Positions 53,225-62,587 of a stretch of DNA of 64,000 bases are shown piece after piece. Source of the stretch: a virus. Its lineage: Duplodnaviria > Heunggongvirae > Uroviricota > Caudoviricetes. The stretch lies in IMG/VR virus record IMGVR_UViG_3300000517_000001, one strand, 5' to 3'. A program made the translations under genes and the position numbers. Positions within the stretch are counted from its first letter, which is position 1; each line of letters starts with the position of its first letter. The notes beneath the pieces were generated by a model, which worked only from the letters and a program-made list of their open reading frames with translations, had not been told where the DNA came from and ran no database searches.

Positions 53225-54414
53225 GCATAAACCTTTACGATAATTGTTTGATCATTCACTCGGCCGTTGCAGGATGCTTCTTTTGTTTTCAAATCTTTGA
53301 GAAGCTTACGAGCCTTTGCCTTGGTTGTCTTAGTGAATTCACTGAAGAATTCTTCAGGCTTACGAAGAGTCTTCTTATAAGAAGCTTCTACATCAATACC
53401 CTGAATAGTGGTACCTTTCACCTCAAAGCCTTTAGGAGATTGAGTAACAAGGTATGTCATAGTACGATACTTGGTATTAAACAGGTACACCTCAGAGGCA
53501 CCCACAATGTTTGTAGGATCAACACTCACAAGCTTAAATTCAGCACTATTGACCATATACTTCATTTTGTCGACTTGCTTTGAAGCAGGAGCAACCTTTT
53601 TCTTACGAGTCTTACGAACCGCTTTCTTGCTCATCATGTACTTTTCAGCATCATCGATGATTGCTTGAATAACCTTGAGATACTGCTTACGCTTACGAGG
53701 ACCAAGCCATGCATACGCTTCGACAAGGTCTTCGGTTTTCTTTTCAACAAGCTCTTGAATTTCATCGCGAAGAGGTGTGTAGTAATCAACAACAGCCTTA
53801 GCAGTGTTATAAGGCGCATCGATTTTTTGAAGCTCATTATAGACCGAGTATTCATCCCAATCCATATGTGTCTTGCCACCAAACATGTCAATGACCTCTT
53901 CGATCTCAGCAATGAAATCAGAGGTACGCTCTTTTACAATTTCAGCAGGCGACTTCTTGCGAATGTCGACTACCTTTTCTTCAGCAGTTTCTTCTACTTT
54001 ATTGATACCACGTTGGATTTGATCATCAATATTTTTGTTAATGAATGCCATACGCTTTTCACTAAACGTTGCTCCATTCATAATCATCTTACAAAGACCA
54101 GAAACAGTCGAAGAAAAGTGACGCTCAGGCGCAGCCTTGAAGTTTTTTAGATCTTCCTTTGAGCGGTTAACCTTAACCCACTCAACAGCCCACTTATAAG
54201 AGTCTTTCACATCATAGAAGTATCCATAATGACGAAGAGTCTCATAGACTTTCTTTTCCATATCTTCAGGAAGAATATTTGTCCAGTCTGTTGTTTCACG
54301 ACCTATATGTTTCTCTTCAGCTGCAATGGATTTGCGAGCATTTGAAATCGGTACTTTTTTCTTTTTACGAGAAATGCTAGCACGAGCCATGTTGTATCCT
54401 TTCGATTGATTCAA
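53221..54414 (-). CDS. hypothetical protein (397 aa)
   Basis: Lys-rich ORF downstream of an early promoter copy. Confidence 0.45.
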   Translation of the reverse strand: MNQSKGYNMARASISRKKKKVPISNARKSIAAEEKHIGRETTDWTNILPEDMEKKVYETLRHYGYFYDVKDSYKWAVEWVKVNRSKEDLKNFKAAPERHFSSTVSGLCKMIMNGATFSEKRMAFINKNIDDQIQRGINKVEETAEEKVVDIRKKSPAEIVKERTSDFIAEIEEVIDMFGGKTHMDWDEYSVYNELQKIDAPYNTAKAVVDYYTPLRDEIQELVEKKTEDLVEAYAWLGPRKRKQYLKVIQAIIDDAEKYMMSKKAVRKTRKKKVAPASKQVDKMKYMVNSAEFKLVSVDPTNIVGASEVYLFNTKYRTMTYLVTQSPKGFEVKGTTIQGIDVEASYKKTLRKPEEFFSEFTKTTKAKARKLLKDLKTKEASCNGRVNDQTIIVKVYA

Positions 54415-54418
54415 TTAC

Positions 54419-54447
54419 AATCTATCATATTACAAAAGAGATGTCAA
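54419..54447 (-). promoter_or_regulatory. early promoter repeat (TTGACA-17-TAGATT)
   Basis: Family member. Confidence 0.5.
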
Positions 54448-55344
54448 CAAGTTTGTCCACTCTTTTGCGCGTGTTTCCCAACTATAGTTATGATTTGCAA
54501 GCAGTTTTTGTACTTGATAATCTGGTTTCATTTGTTTTTGTACTTCTACCGCATGTACTAGCGCTTGGTAGAACATATTTACATGATTTTGCATATCTTC
54601 GGTGTACTGATACATTCTTGTCAGGCCCATACTTGTCTCAGGTAGAGCAGCAAGAGAGGAATGTACACACTCAAGACCAGCACTCATTGCTTCGATCAAA
54701 CAAAGACAAGAGGTCTCTTGCCAAATTGAAGGATAAGCAAAAATGTGATGGTTTTTGAGTTCATTGCGAATATGTTTATTCGATACTGCACCACTATAAC
54801 GAATACGAGGATGTGCTTCAAGCGCTTCAAATAGCTTCTTATAAGGTTCATCTCGTTGTGGCCACCCATATAAACCAAACGATGAATATACAGTAAGTTC
54901 TACGTCATCATAATGTTTACAAAGCTCATCGAATGCTGGGTATAGTAACTCAAGACCACGATGTGGTGTACTGTAATAAATCAAACGAATTTTATCATTT
55001 GGTTTTTCGTGTTCTTCAATTGGCTTAATAGCATTACGCATTACTCCTCCAGCAAAAAAGGGAACACCAAGATAGGCGTTATACATTTGCTGCTGCCAAT
55101 GTGAAACAAATACTATTTGATCAAACTTCTTCCAACCACCATCTTTTAGATGCTGTACTTCTGGATCACCGGCAAGATCATGAACCCAATAGATCTTTTT
55201 CTTTTTTGGATCAAGTTCACGTACTCGACTTTGCACAATTTGAAACTCATCAAGAAGTTTATTATCTACATATTCATAAAGGCGGTCAGCCATTAACTCT
55301 GTACCGCCTTTTGCATTTTTATTCAGCTCATTGAGCTCCATCAA
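54430..55344 (-). CDS. GT-B fold glycosyltransferase (GT1/GT4-like)
   Basis: ETSCLCLIEAMSAGLECV matches the E..x7E / EAMA.G C-terminal-domain motif of retaining GT-B transferases. 304 aa. Confidence 0.5.
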   Translation of the reverse strand: MMELNELNKNAKGGTELMADRLYEYVDNKLLDEFQIVQSRVRELDPKKKKIYWVHDLAGDPEVQHLKDGGWKKFDQIVFVSHWQQQMYNAYLGVPFFAGGVMRNAIKPIEEHEKPNDKIRLIYYSTPHRGLELLYPAFDELCKHYDDVELTVYSSFGLYGWPQRDEPYKKLFEALEAHPRIRYSGAVSNKHIRNELKNHHIFAYPSIWQETSCLCLIEAMSAGLECVHSSLAALPETSMGLTRMYQYTEDMQNHVNMFYQALVHAVEVQKQMKPDYQVQKLLANHNYSWETRAKEWTNLLTSLL

Positions 55345-55609
55345 AGATTACTCCATTGACTGTTTGCAATTTATCCCAACGAAAGCTCCGCCACCCTTCT
55401 TGAGAAATATCAAATACAGCAAGAACTTCAGGATTTTGCTTTTTCTTTTCGGTAAACTCTTGTTCGTTCATTTTAAGAGGAAGATGCAATTCATTAAGAG
55501 TACACTGCATTTTTCGATATTCACCGTTGACTTTAGTAAACTCTACTACAACAATTCCTTTTTTCAAAAGGTCGATCACATCAGAACGATCCATCACCAT
55601 ATCCTCCAA
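55328..55609 (-). CDS. hypothetical protein (93 aa)
   Basis: ORF. Confidence 0.4.
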   Translation of the reverse strand: MEDMVMDRSDVIDLLKKGIVVVEFTKVNGEYRKMQCTLNELHLPLKMNEQEFTEKKKQNPEVLAVFDISQEGWRSFRWDKLQTVNGVIFDGAQ

Positions 55610-55826
55610 TTGTATTTTCTACTTCTTCTGCAAATTCTGTATAACCACCAATGTGACGACCATCCCAAACAATTTGTGGAACTGTTTTAGCACCTGGAAA
55701 TTGTTCTAGGAATGTTTCTTTCCATTCCTTTGCGTCACGATATTCGTAATCCATGTTATAAGATTGTGCGAGAGCTACTGCATACTTACAGTAGCTACAG
55801 TTTTCCATTCCGTAGATTATAACCAT
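55581..55826 (-). CDS. glutaredoxin-like protein
   Basis: CSYC active site near the N-terminus and TVPQIVWDGRHIGGY Grx motif. 81 aa. Confidence 0.65.
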   Translation of the reverse strand: MVIIYGMENCSYCKYAVALAQSYNMDYEYRDAKEWKETFLEQFPGAKTVPQIVWDGRHIGGYTEFAEEVENTIGGYGDGSF

Positions 55827-55827
55827 A

Positions 55828-56103
55828 TCACGCCTTTTTCTTGGGTGGGTTCAGACGTTCCTTAGGTGTACCCCAAAGAGTGTTAGCCTTCACACGAATA
55901 AAGCGCTTGTTGGTCTCATTTGGATTCGGATTTGCGATGGTGATCCAAGGGTTCTTACCAGCCCAGTAAGCGTTAACCTTGTACATTTCTTTTTCAGCGC
56001 CAGTGCGATCACGCTTCATACCCTTAAGAGTATCACGTGCTACATTAGAGTGAAGTCCTTGCGAAATAAATCCTTTGGATTTCCCGCCCTTACCTTTTGC
56101 CAT
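55828..56103 (-). CDS. hypothetical basic protein (91 aa)
   Basis: ORF. Confidence 0.4.
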   Translation of the reverse strand: MAKGKGGKSKGFISQGLHSNVARDTLKGMKRDRTGAEKEMYKVNAYWAGKNPWITIANPNPNETNKRFIRVKANTLWGTPKERLNPPKKKA

Positions 56104-56405
56104 TGTTTATCTCCTTCATCAATTTCATAAATAACGTCTTTACGAACTCGCCAATAAATCCAAGATTCCATACAATGATTGTCGAGTTTGTATATTATAT
56201 TTCTTCTATAGTATAATGTTAACCATAACGATACACAATATGCGATAAAAATACAAACACCGTCTATAACTAAAACGAGATTGGTTTTACCGTTTCTTTT
56301 TCGATCCCAATTACGAGCAGAAAATGTTTGGTTACTCTTACCTCCAAGAGTAACATTTAAAAGAACAGAAAGAGCAATTCCAATTCGTTTTAAATAGGTG
56401 AGCAT
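56040..56405 (-). CDS. hypothetical membrane protein (121 aa)
   Basis: ORF with TM helices. Overlaps its neighbour in another frame. Confidence 0.35.
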   Translation of the reverse strand: MLTYLKRIGIALSVLLNVTLGGKSNQTFSARNWDRKRNGKTNLVLVIDGVCIFIAYCVSLWLTLYYRRNIIYKLDNHCMESWIYWRVRKDVIYEIDEGDKQWQKVRAGNPKDLFRKDFTLM

Positions 56406-56496
56406 TGTAAATCCTATTGTGTATAGGACTATTTATCTTCTCTCTCCTCTTTAATTTTACGCTTTAGCCACTCGTGGTAGCGTTCTTGATCGTTAC

Positions 56497-56808
56497 TCAT
56501 CTGAATTGCATGATCAAATTGCGAGTCCAATCAATCTTGTAATCACGTGACCAGCTTGAAAGATAAGCATTATCCTTATCAAACAGTTCAAGCATTTCAT
56601 CTTCTGTCATTGTTGTGGAGTCAATAATCAATTCACCAAGATGTTCTTGTGAAAAGTCATCACATTCATTACACGTAATAGTGTCCTTTGCCCATTCAAT
56701 AGGATTGACCGGAGTATCAGGATTTAGTTTCTGAAGATCGTCTTTGTGCATTACATACCGCATACGAAACTGGGATACAGTTGTCACTACTACATAATCA
56801 TTTGACAT
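56497..56808 (-). CDS. hypothetical protein (103 aa)
   Basis: ORF. Confidence 0.4.
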   Translation of the reverse strand: MSNDYVVVTTVSQFRMRYVMHKDDLQKLNPDTPVNPIEWAKDTITCNECDDFSQEHLGELIIDSTTMTEDEMLELFDKDNAYLSSWSRDYKIDWTRNLIMQFR

Positions 56809-56817
56809 ATTTTTCTC

Positions 56818-57201
56818 CTAAGAAAAGTTCATATGAATTTGTGTTGAAAAGTTCAAATTGCCAGGCCGATCTTCACCTTCAGCATTGAGAAGTTTTGTCA
56901 TATATTCTGGCAAGTGATTACCAAACCTTTGCAAAAACTCTTCACGAGGCAGGTTCTCAGCACCTTGAAGATACCAACCACCAAACTTTTCACTGAATTC
57001 ACGAGCTGCACGAAACTTAGCAGAGTTTTTGACTTCTGGCTTTGTCTCACCAGTCTCATAATCATCAGCACGAGGATATGCTCGCGTGATAAGAAGAGAA
57101 ATGGTACGACCTTCGCCGGTAGCAAAGTAATCACATGCTAGGTATTGGTATAGTTCTTCATCTCTTTCATGACTTCCATCTGATACTGTTCGATTTTTCA
57201 T
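56818..57201 (-). CDS. hypothetical protein (127 aa)
   Basis: ORF. Confidence 0.4.
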   Translation of the reverse strand: MKNRTVSDGSHERDEELYQYLACDYFATGEGRTISLLITRAYPRADDYETGETKPEVKNSAKFRAAREFSEKFGGWYLQGAENLPREEFLQRFGNHLPEYMTKLLNAEGEDRPGNLNFSTQIHMNFS

Positions 57202-57491
57202 TGAACGAATTCTCCCATTTTTACTACTCGATGTACTTTAGCAAGAAGTTTTGGGTTGTCATATAAACTAACCCAAACTAAAGTTTCGGCAACTTCTGCT
57301 TCAATCTCAAGGTCATAAGTCACAGTGTTGTAGACATGACCGTGATCGTATACTTGATTCTTTTTTCTTACCGCTCGAGCGTCGTAGTCCCACCCTTCAA
57401 TAGTTACAGCGTCAATGTCTCGAACATCAACAGATGAGCCATCCAATGTCCATTCATAGTTTTCCCAGTTGTTACGTACTCGAAGTTTCAT
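57198..57491 (-). CDS. hypothetical protein (97 aa)
   Basis: ORF. Confidence 0.4.
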   Translation of the reverse strand: MKLRVRNNWENYEWTLDGSSVDVRDIDAVTIEGWDYDARAVRKKNQVYDHGHVYNTVTYDLEIEAEVAETLVWVSLYDNPKLLAKVHRVVKMGEFVQ

Positions 57492-57658
57492 TAGATCAAC
57501 TCCCTTAGTTGTTCGGGGTCTTTTCCTATAATAGCAGCTAATGAGTCAATGGCGTCACTGATTCGAACGCCGCCCCACATCATGTTCTGATCCTGTTGTT
57601 CTGCCCAAAGCAGGAAGAACACAAGGTTAGCATAATGCTCATTCATCAAAAGTCCTCC

Positions 57659-57883
57659 TCACCACCTTGAACCTGACATCAAATTCCGATGTTCGTGAAT
57701 AATATTTTGACGTTCATTAAGAGCGACCATTGCAATGGTAGCGGAAACTTCATCGTGACTTTGCTCAGTAATTTTCAACAAAGCGTCATACATTATAGCT
57801 TCAAGTTTCCAAGCCAAATCAGCACTATTTGCTTTTTTGGTACGTTGCTGATTGATTTCAAATTGAAGATCACCGATAGACAT
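57659..57883 (-). CDS. hypothetical protein (74 aa)
   Basis: ORF. Confidence 0.35.
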   Translation of the reverse strand: MSIGDLQFEINQQRTKKANSADLAWKLEAIMYDALLKITEQSHDEVSATIAMVALNERQNIIHEHRNLMSGSRW

Positions 57884-58374
57884 TAAAAGTCCTCCTCACC
57901 TTGATATACGTCAAAAACAAAGATACCGTTATCACGCCACATCTTCACAACTCTCGGTCTGTCGTCAAAGACCATATCAGGCTTCTTACCGTAGTCAGCG
58001 ATGATTTCGTCAAGGATTTCCTGCTTCACAATATCATCACTACGGAAGTCTTCTGCCTTACGCATATAGAGTTTTTGATACATGCTAAAACCGTTTTTAC
58101 GTAGCCAATCCTGCGTTGCGATACGACTGCGTTCATTACGACCACTGGCAAGGATAACAGTATGACCACCCATAACCATTGCGTCAAACACTTCCGCAAC
58201 AGGCTCATTCACCTTATCATTCGGAATGCCAGCATCAAAGGCTTTCCAGTTCTTTGGCTTACTACGAACATAATCAAGTCGATGTTCGATGTTAGCAAGA
58301 GTTCCATCGATATCAAATACTACTAGCATTTTATTTTCCTCTAAGTTCTTATAATAGTAATCTATACTATTCAA
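57883..58374 (-). CDS. HAD-family phosphatase (polynucleotide 3'-phosphatase-like)
   Basis: LVVFDIDGTLA motif I. 163 aa, similar in size and motifs to the phosphatase domain of T4 Pnkp. Confidence 0.5.
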   Translation of the reverse strand: MNSIDYYYKNLEENKMLVVFDIDGTLANIEHRLDYVRSKPKNWKAFDAGIPNDKVNEPVAEVFDAMVMGGHTVILASGRNERSRIATQDWLRKNGFSMYQKLYMRKAEDFRSDDIVKQEILDEIIADYGKKPDMVFDDRPRVVKMWRDNGIFVFDVYQGEEDF

Positions 58375-58387
58375 GAATGAATGTCAA
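58359..58387 (-). promoter_or_regulatory. early promoter repeat (TTGACA-17-TAGATT)
   Basis: Family member. Confidence 0.5.
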
Positions 58388-58818
58388 CTATTATCTTCGA
58401 CGAATTCGCCATCTTTCACTTTGAACCAGCGAGACGGAATAGTCATATCACCAAGGCGACGAAAGTATGCACGACCACCATCAATACATATATTTCCAAC
58501 AGAATAGAAATCGTGACGATGCTGACTGTAATGTAGTTGTCCAGCTGATTGAATCATACCAAACTCAAGCTCTTCAATCATATCAGCATTGGTGATCATA
58601 ATCGTACCATCAGAAGCTGGATCAGGATTACGATACAATCCAAAGTAGCGATTACCAAACTCAGGGTGTGGAGTTTCACGGTAAAAAATATCTGCAGCAT
58701 AATTTGCATACTCGTTAGGAGCAGATGTACAGACATACTTCACCGGTACACCATCTTTCTCAGAGTAATGTTCTTCTACTCTTTTAGTATCAAAAATTGG
58801 CCTATGATGTATGTTCAT
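58384..58818 (-). CDS. hypothetical protein (144 aa)
   Basis: ORF. Confidence 0.4.
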   Translation of the reverse strand: MNIHHRPIFDTKRVEEHYSEKDGVPVKYVCTSAPNEYANYAADIFYRETPHPEFGNRYFGLYRNPDPASDGTIMITNADMIEELEFGMIQSAGQLHYSQHRHDFYSVGNICIDGGRAYFRRLGDMTIPSRWFKVKDGEFVEDNS

Positions 58819-59081
58819 TGTTCTTCCTCATCAAATGTTAACGGCGCCCATTTGGTTTTTTCATAATAAGTCAAATACAATGTATCGTCAATACCATCAA
58901 TTGCGATTGTGGCACCTTCGTGATCTTCTTCTAAAAATACTGTATGAAATATAAGATCACCCGCAGATTCTAAAACCTCGTTTAGTTCATCGAGTTCTTC
59001 ATCAAGTATTTTTTGTTGTTGTGCTGTTAATGTTGGCTCTTCGTGAGTCCATTGTGTTTCAAATTTCATAGTCCAAACCAT
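58815..59081 (-). CDS. hypothetical acidic protein (88 aa)
   Basis: ORF. Confidence 0.4.
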   Translation of the reverse strand: MVWTMKFETQWTHEEPTLTAQQQKILDEELDELNEVLESAGDLIFHTVFLEEDHEGATIAIDGIDDTLYLTYYEKTKWAPLTFDEEEQ

Positions 59082-59455
59082 TCCTTTGTAAAAACAATAT
59101 TGCTCGGCAATGGAGCACAGTTTCGTATCAAATTAAAAATTTCTTCGCGTTTATAACCTGCTAATCCAGTGCCAATAGGTGTAAGTAGAAAAATGTCATT
59201 TGGATTATTGTTAGCATATGTTATGAATTCATTTATAAAATCCTGAATGCGATCTAGAGAAAGCACATTTAACTGATAACCCTTAGTGGGAAGAGCATAC
59301 GCATTTCCAGTACGGCCTTTACCCACTCCATACTCAGCTCCATAGTGTTGTTTTGCATGCAGAGCGGCACCTTTTCCATGCCGCCCTGCTAGATTTGATC
59401 CAAAAACAAATACATTAGCCATTACATGCCCATCCATTCTGCGCAAGCATCCCAC
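59066..59455 (-). CDS. hypothetical protein with a Gly-rich FGSN.AGRHGKGAA motif
   Basis: 129 aa. Conserved-looking Gly-rich loop suggests a nucleotide or ADP-ribose-type binding fold. Family not assigned. Confidence 0.4.
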   Translation of the reverse strand: MGCLRRMDGHVMANVFVFGSNLAGRHGKGAALHAKQHYGAEYGVGKGRTGNAYALPTKGYQLNVLSLDRIQDFINEFITYANNNPNDIFLLTPIGTGLAGYKREEIFNLIRNCAPLPSNIVFTKEWFGL

Positions 59456-60609
59456 TTGGTGTTGCTGCTAATACTCTTGCGAATATGATCTAACAACAAT
59501 TCACGAAGCTCTTTTCCATCAAGCATACGAAAAACGAATGATGCATCTGCTTTATGCTCCAGTGTAGGAACAAACTCAAGAGCAATACGCTTGCGATCAC
59601 CATCATAAGTTTGTGTAGCAGCCATATAAAGACCATACAAACGGTTTTCCTTTTGCTTAAACGCTTTCCAAAAACTAGTTTCGAAGTCACGAATACGAGT
59701 TACTTGCTCTTGCGGCAGCATCGGAATAACATCGTCTACATCCTCGTTAAGAATCAGATCAACAATGTTACGGTCAAACTTCACACGATCCAAAGTTTTA
59801 TGAATTCTGACATACCAGTCGTTCTTGATTTTCAAACGATGACCATCAGCAAACGCGATAATATCACCTTCACGACCCTCTGCTTCACGCTGACGGTTGA
59901 TGTAGTCAACAATGTTACCTTCCATCGAACCGTAACGAGGAACAACAGTGAAGGGGCAACGAATTTCAGTCATCTCTTCATCTAGATCTAGATATCGACC
60001 AGTTACGTTTTCACGAATGGCAAGAAGAACAAGGTCTGCTTCTTCATAAGCAAGAACAATCTGATTAAACGGGCTTACCCATTCAAAGATAGGAGTATAT
60101 CCGTTATCTATGTAGGCACGAAGCCATTCCTTGTACTCAGAGTCTTGAGCAGCAAGCCATTCTTCAGCCTGCATTGACACTTCGGTCACACCCATCTTGG
60201 TAGCAAGGCGCAAGTAACCGTCAACCAAGATAGGACGAATCATAGATCCATCCATCTTTTCCATGATTATATGCGGCTGCAACATATCGATCTTATTGAC
60301 CTGAGTTTCATCACGCTCGTTCACATTGAAGAACTTGTGGAACGGGCGGCTCATGATGTTACCATCACGATCAAAGATAAGACCTCGACACTCTCGTCTT
60401 ACCAGACTTGAGTAATCGTAATGGAATTCTTTAGGTGCACCACGAATTAGTTTGCTGCCGATACTTACGCTACCGAAAGTATCAGCCATTGCTACAACAT
60501 AGTTGATAACAGTGTAGCCTTCTCGTTCCGCCACAATGAATTCGTCACGCCCTTCGATATGCGGAAGCACATCAGAGATAGTGCGGATTTCAGGAAAAGT
60601 ATAGTGCAT
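59422..60609 (-). CDS. rnlA: RNA ligase 1 (T4 Rnl1-like)
   Basis: ECRGLIF, KMDGSM (KxDG adenylation), PIFEWVSPFNQIVLAY and DWYV parallel T4 Rnl1 ECRGIMF, KEDGSL, ANFEFVAPTNRIVLAY, DWYV. Confidence 0.8.
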   Translation of the reverse strand: MHYTFPEIRTISDVLPHIEGRDEFIVAEREGYTVINYVVAMADTFGSVSIGSKLIRGAPKEFHYDYSSLVRRECRGLIFDRDGNIMSRPFHKFFNVNERDETQVNKIDMLQPHIIMEKMDGSMIRPILVDGYLRLATKMGVTEVSMQAEEWLAAQDSEYKEWLRAYIDNGYTPIFEWVSPFNQIVLAYEEADLVLLAIRENVTGRYLDLDEEMTEIRCPFTVVPRYGSMEGNIVDYINRQREAEGREGDIIAFADGHRLKIKNDWYVRIHKTLDRVKFDRNIVDLILNEDVDDVIPMLPQEQVTRIRDFETSFWKAFKQKENRLYGLYMAATQTYDGDRKRIALEFVPTLEHKADASFVFRMLDGKELRELLLDHIRKSISSNTKWDACAEWMGM

Positions 60610-60639
60610 ATCTTAGTACCTTTCATTCATTATAGAATC

Positions 60640-60668
60640 AATATAAACTATTTCAAAAAGAATGTCAA
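60640..60668 (-). promoter_or_regulatory. early promoter repeat (TTGACA-17-TATATT)
   Basis: Family member upstream of rnlA. Confidence 0.5.
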
Positions 60669-60673
60669 CTAAA

Positions 60674-60691
60674 AAGTGAGCTTCGGCTCAC
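60674..60691 (-). terminator. UUCG-tetraloop hairpin
   Basis: agtgagc-ttcg-gctcact at the stop of the upstream gene. Confidence 0.4.
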
Positions 60692-61029
60692 TTTAGTGGA
60701 GTAAATCCTTCAAGTGTTTCGGTTCGAGGTGGTGGAGTTTCGATGATAATTTCCTCAGTACTTTCTTGATACTCAATTAGTGCGCGATTTTGCACAGGAT
60801 CAATTGATAGTTTGGGTTGTGTAGCACTTCCAAGAAAAATAAACAAAATACATACAACCATCACATAAAAGAATTCTGGCGGAGTTTTAACATCTTTAAA
60901 CGATTCGTATTCTTTCCATTGTGCATACATTTTCCTAAGGCCACGGATAAAAAGATATACCAAACCAAGAAAGATTATGAGATTAATGAGGGCGAACACT
61001 GTCGCCCCCGTCATAAATTCAATAGCCAT
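60688..61029 (-). CDS. small membrane protein, possible NfeD-like partner of the SPFH protein
   Basis: Two TM helices then a soluble tail. Start is taken at the internal MAIEF... ATG (61029), which has an AAGGT RBS and abuts the SPFH stop. The ORF-track start at 61068 overlaps the SPFH gene. Confidence 0.4.
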   Translation of the reverse strand: MAIEFMTGATVFALINLIIFLGLVYLFIRGLRKMYAQWKEYESFKDVKTPPEFFYVMVVCILFIFLGSATQPKLSIDPVQNRALIEYQESTEEIIIETPPPRTETLEGFTPLK

Positions 61030-61030
61030 A

Positions 61031-61933
61031 TTACTTACCTTCACTGAAGATTCGGTTTTCAAGTCCAACTGAATTAGTCATTTCAAGTGGGAAGAATACA
61101 GAGTTCTTGTTGGTAGCCATTTTTTCGATTACTTGCCACTTACGATACTCAAGCAGTTCAGGTGTAACACCATCAGCAAGAATCTTATTTGCCTCGGCTA
61201 CAGTTTTGGCTTCGAGTAGATCGGCTTCACGTTCAGCTCGGGCAACTTCAAGTCGTGCCTGTGCTTCTCGAATTTTTACTTGTGCATCTGCTTCTGCACG
61301 TTCAACATCAATCTTTCGACTTTGTGCTGCTTCACGTGCTTGTGTAATAATAGCAGGGAAGCGGATATCAGCAAGACCAAACTGCTTCACTTCAAGTGGA
61401 GTTCGTTTAAGAGCAGATGATACTTCTTGCTTAAGCTTTTCACTTACAGAACTTTGGTTTTCTGCGATTTCAGCAATACTGTATTCACTCAAAGTAGAAC
61501 GAACGACATTACGTACTACGCTTTGACCATAAACACCGTAGACTTGTTGAAGTGTGGTACCAAAATTTCCACTTTCAAGTCGAGTAGGAACAACACGATC
61601 AAACACGCCAAGAATTTGGTTTCGGTCCTCACTCAATGCAAGAGTAAAGCGAACATCAACACCAAGATCAAGATTGTCTTGTGGCATCAACACGGTCATT
61701 GCCTCTTTCATGCCAGCATCACCAGCTTCAATCACGACAAGTTTATCACAATTAAAGAAACAGGGAGAAAGACGGAAACGACTCGGCGGAACGATATCAC
61801 CCTGATAGCCATTCTTACCAAGTACCATACCTACAGATGCAGGCGGAACTTCTACCTTTTCTCCCCAAAAACAACCAGAAAGGGACATTACCATTGCGCC
61901 AGCAAGGGCAAGTTTTGCAAGTCGATTAAGCAT
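61031..61933 (-). CDS. SPFH/band-7 domain lipoprotein
   Basis: Lipobox LSGC after the signal peptide. Central SPFH-like region and C-terminal Ala/Glu/Arg coiled coil (AEADAQVKIREAQARLEVARAEREADLLEAK), typical of HflK/C / stomatin-like proteins. GC-richer than neighbours. Confidence 0.55.
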   Translation of the reverse strand: MLNRLAKLALAGAMVMSLSGCFWGEKVEVPPASVGMVLGKNGYQGDIVPPSRFRLSPCFFNCDKLVVIEAGDAGMKEAMTVLMPQDNLDLGVDVRFTLALSEDRNQILGVFDRVVPTRLESGNFGTTLQQVYGVYGQSVVRNVVRSTLSEYSIAEIAENQSSVSEKLKQEVSSALKRTPLEVKQFGLADIRFPAIITQAREAAQSRKIDVERAEADAQVKIREAQARLEVARAEREADLLEAKTVAEANKILADGVTPELLEYRKWQVIEKMATNKNSVFFPLEMTNSVGLENRIFSEGK

Positions 61934-61947
61934 TATTTAGATTCTCC

Positions 61948-62226
61948 TTATTGAGTTTTTTGAAAACAGTTGAGACCCATATAGGGTGCCGAAGACGAGT
62001 TACCAATTGCAACAGTGCAATAAGTATTAGGATCACTTTCTGTCTGCCACTCATATACACGAAAGTCAAAACCATAAGCTTCAACTTTGAAAGCTTTACT
62101 TTGTTTGACAGGCCAGTTACTTGTTGCAATGCTATCAAACAAACCAGCATTTGCTTGTCCAGAGGTGAGTGCTGCATATCCGGTGCCGAGTACACCTAGA
62201 GCAGCGATTGTCCAAATAAACTTCAT
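61948..62226 (-). CDS. small secreted protein (92 aa)
   Basis: Signal peptide MKFIWTIAALGVLGTGYA. Confidence 0.4.
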   Translation of the reverse strand: MKFIWTIAALGVLGTGYAALTSGQANAGLFDSIATSNWPVKQSKAFKVEAYGFDFRVYEWQTESDPNTYCTVAIGNSSSAPYMGLNCFQKTQ

Positions 62227-62350
62227 TTTCTCTTCTCTATTTCTTTTTTCACTTCTTCAAGTTCAATTTTACCTTGCTTATACATCCACGCAAAAAATGG
62301 CATGTAAGCAAGCAACATTACGATTGCAAGTTCCATAGTGTTTCCTTTTA

Positions 62351-62530
62351 TTAAAGCACGTGAGAATGGCGCAGAGTGCTAGGAAAATCTTTACCACTCG
62401 GCTGAAAAATCATCCGATCACGGCAAAGTGATGCAAATTCTTCAGCTTCCTCTTTATCAAAGGTAGTAAGTAAAATACTTTGAAACCGAGGACTCATATC
62501 AATAACGATGTAAATATCTGCAGTATTCAT
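62351..62530 (-). CDS. hypothetical protein (59 aa from second ATG)
   Basis: Start is placed at MNTADIY. The upstream ATG (MKGNT) belongs to the promoter-leader repeat, and its AAGGAAAC serves as the RBS. Confidence 0.35.
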   Translation of the reverse strand: MNTADIYIVIDMSPRFQSILLTTFDKEEAEEFASLCRDRMIFQPSGKDFPSTLRHSHVL

Positions 62531-62558
62531 AGTGTTTCCTTTCATTTTGTATAATAGT

Positions 62559-62587
62559 AATCTACACTATTTGAGAATGAATGTCAA
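62559..62587 (-). promoter_or_regulatory. early promoter repeat (TTGACA-17-TAGATT)
   Basis: Family member. Confidence 0.5.
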
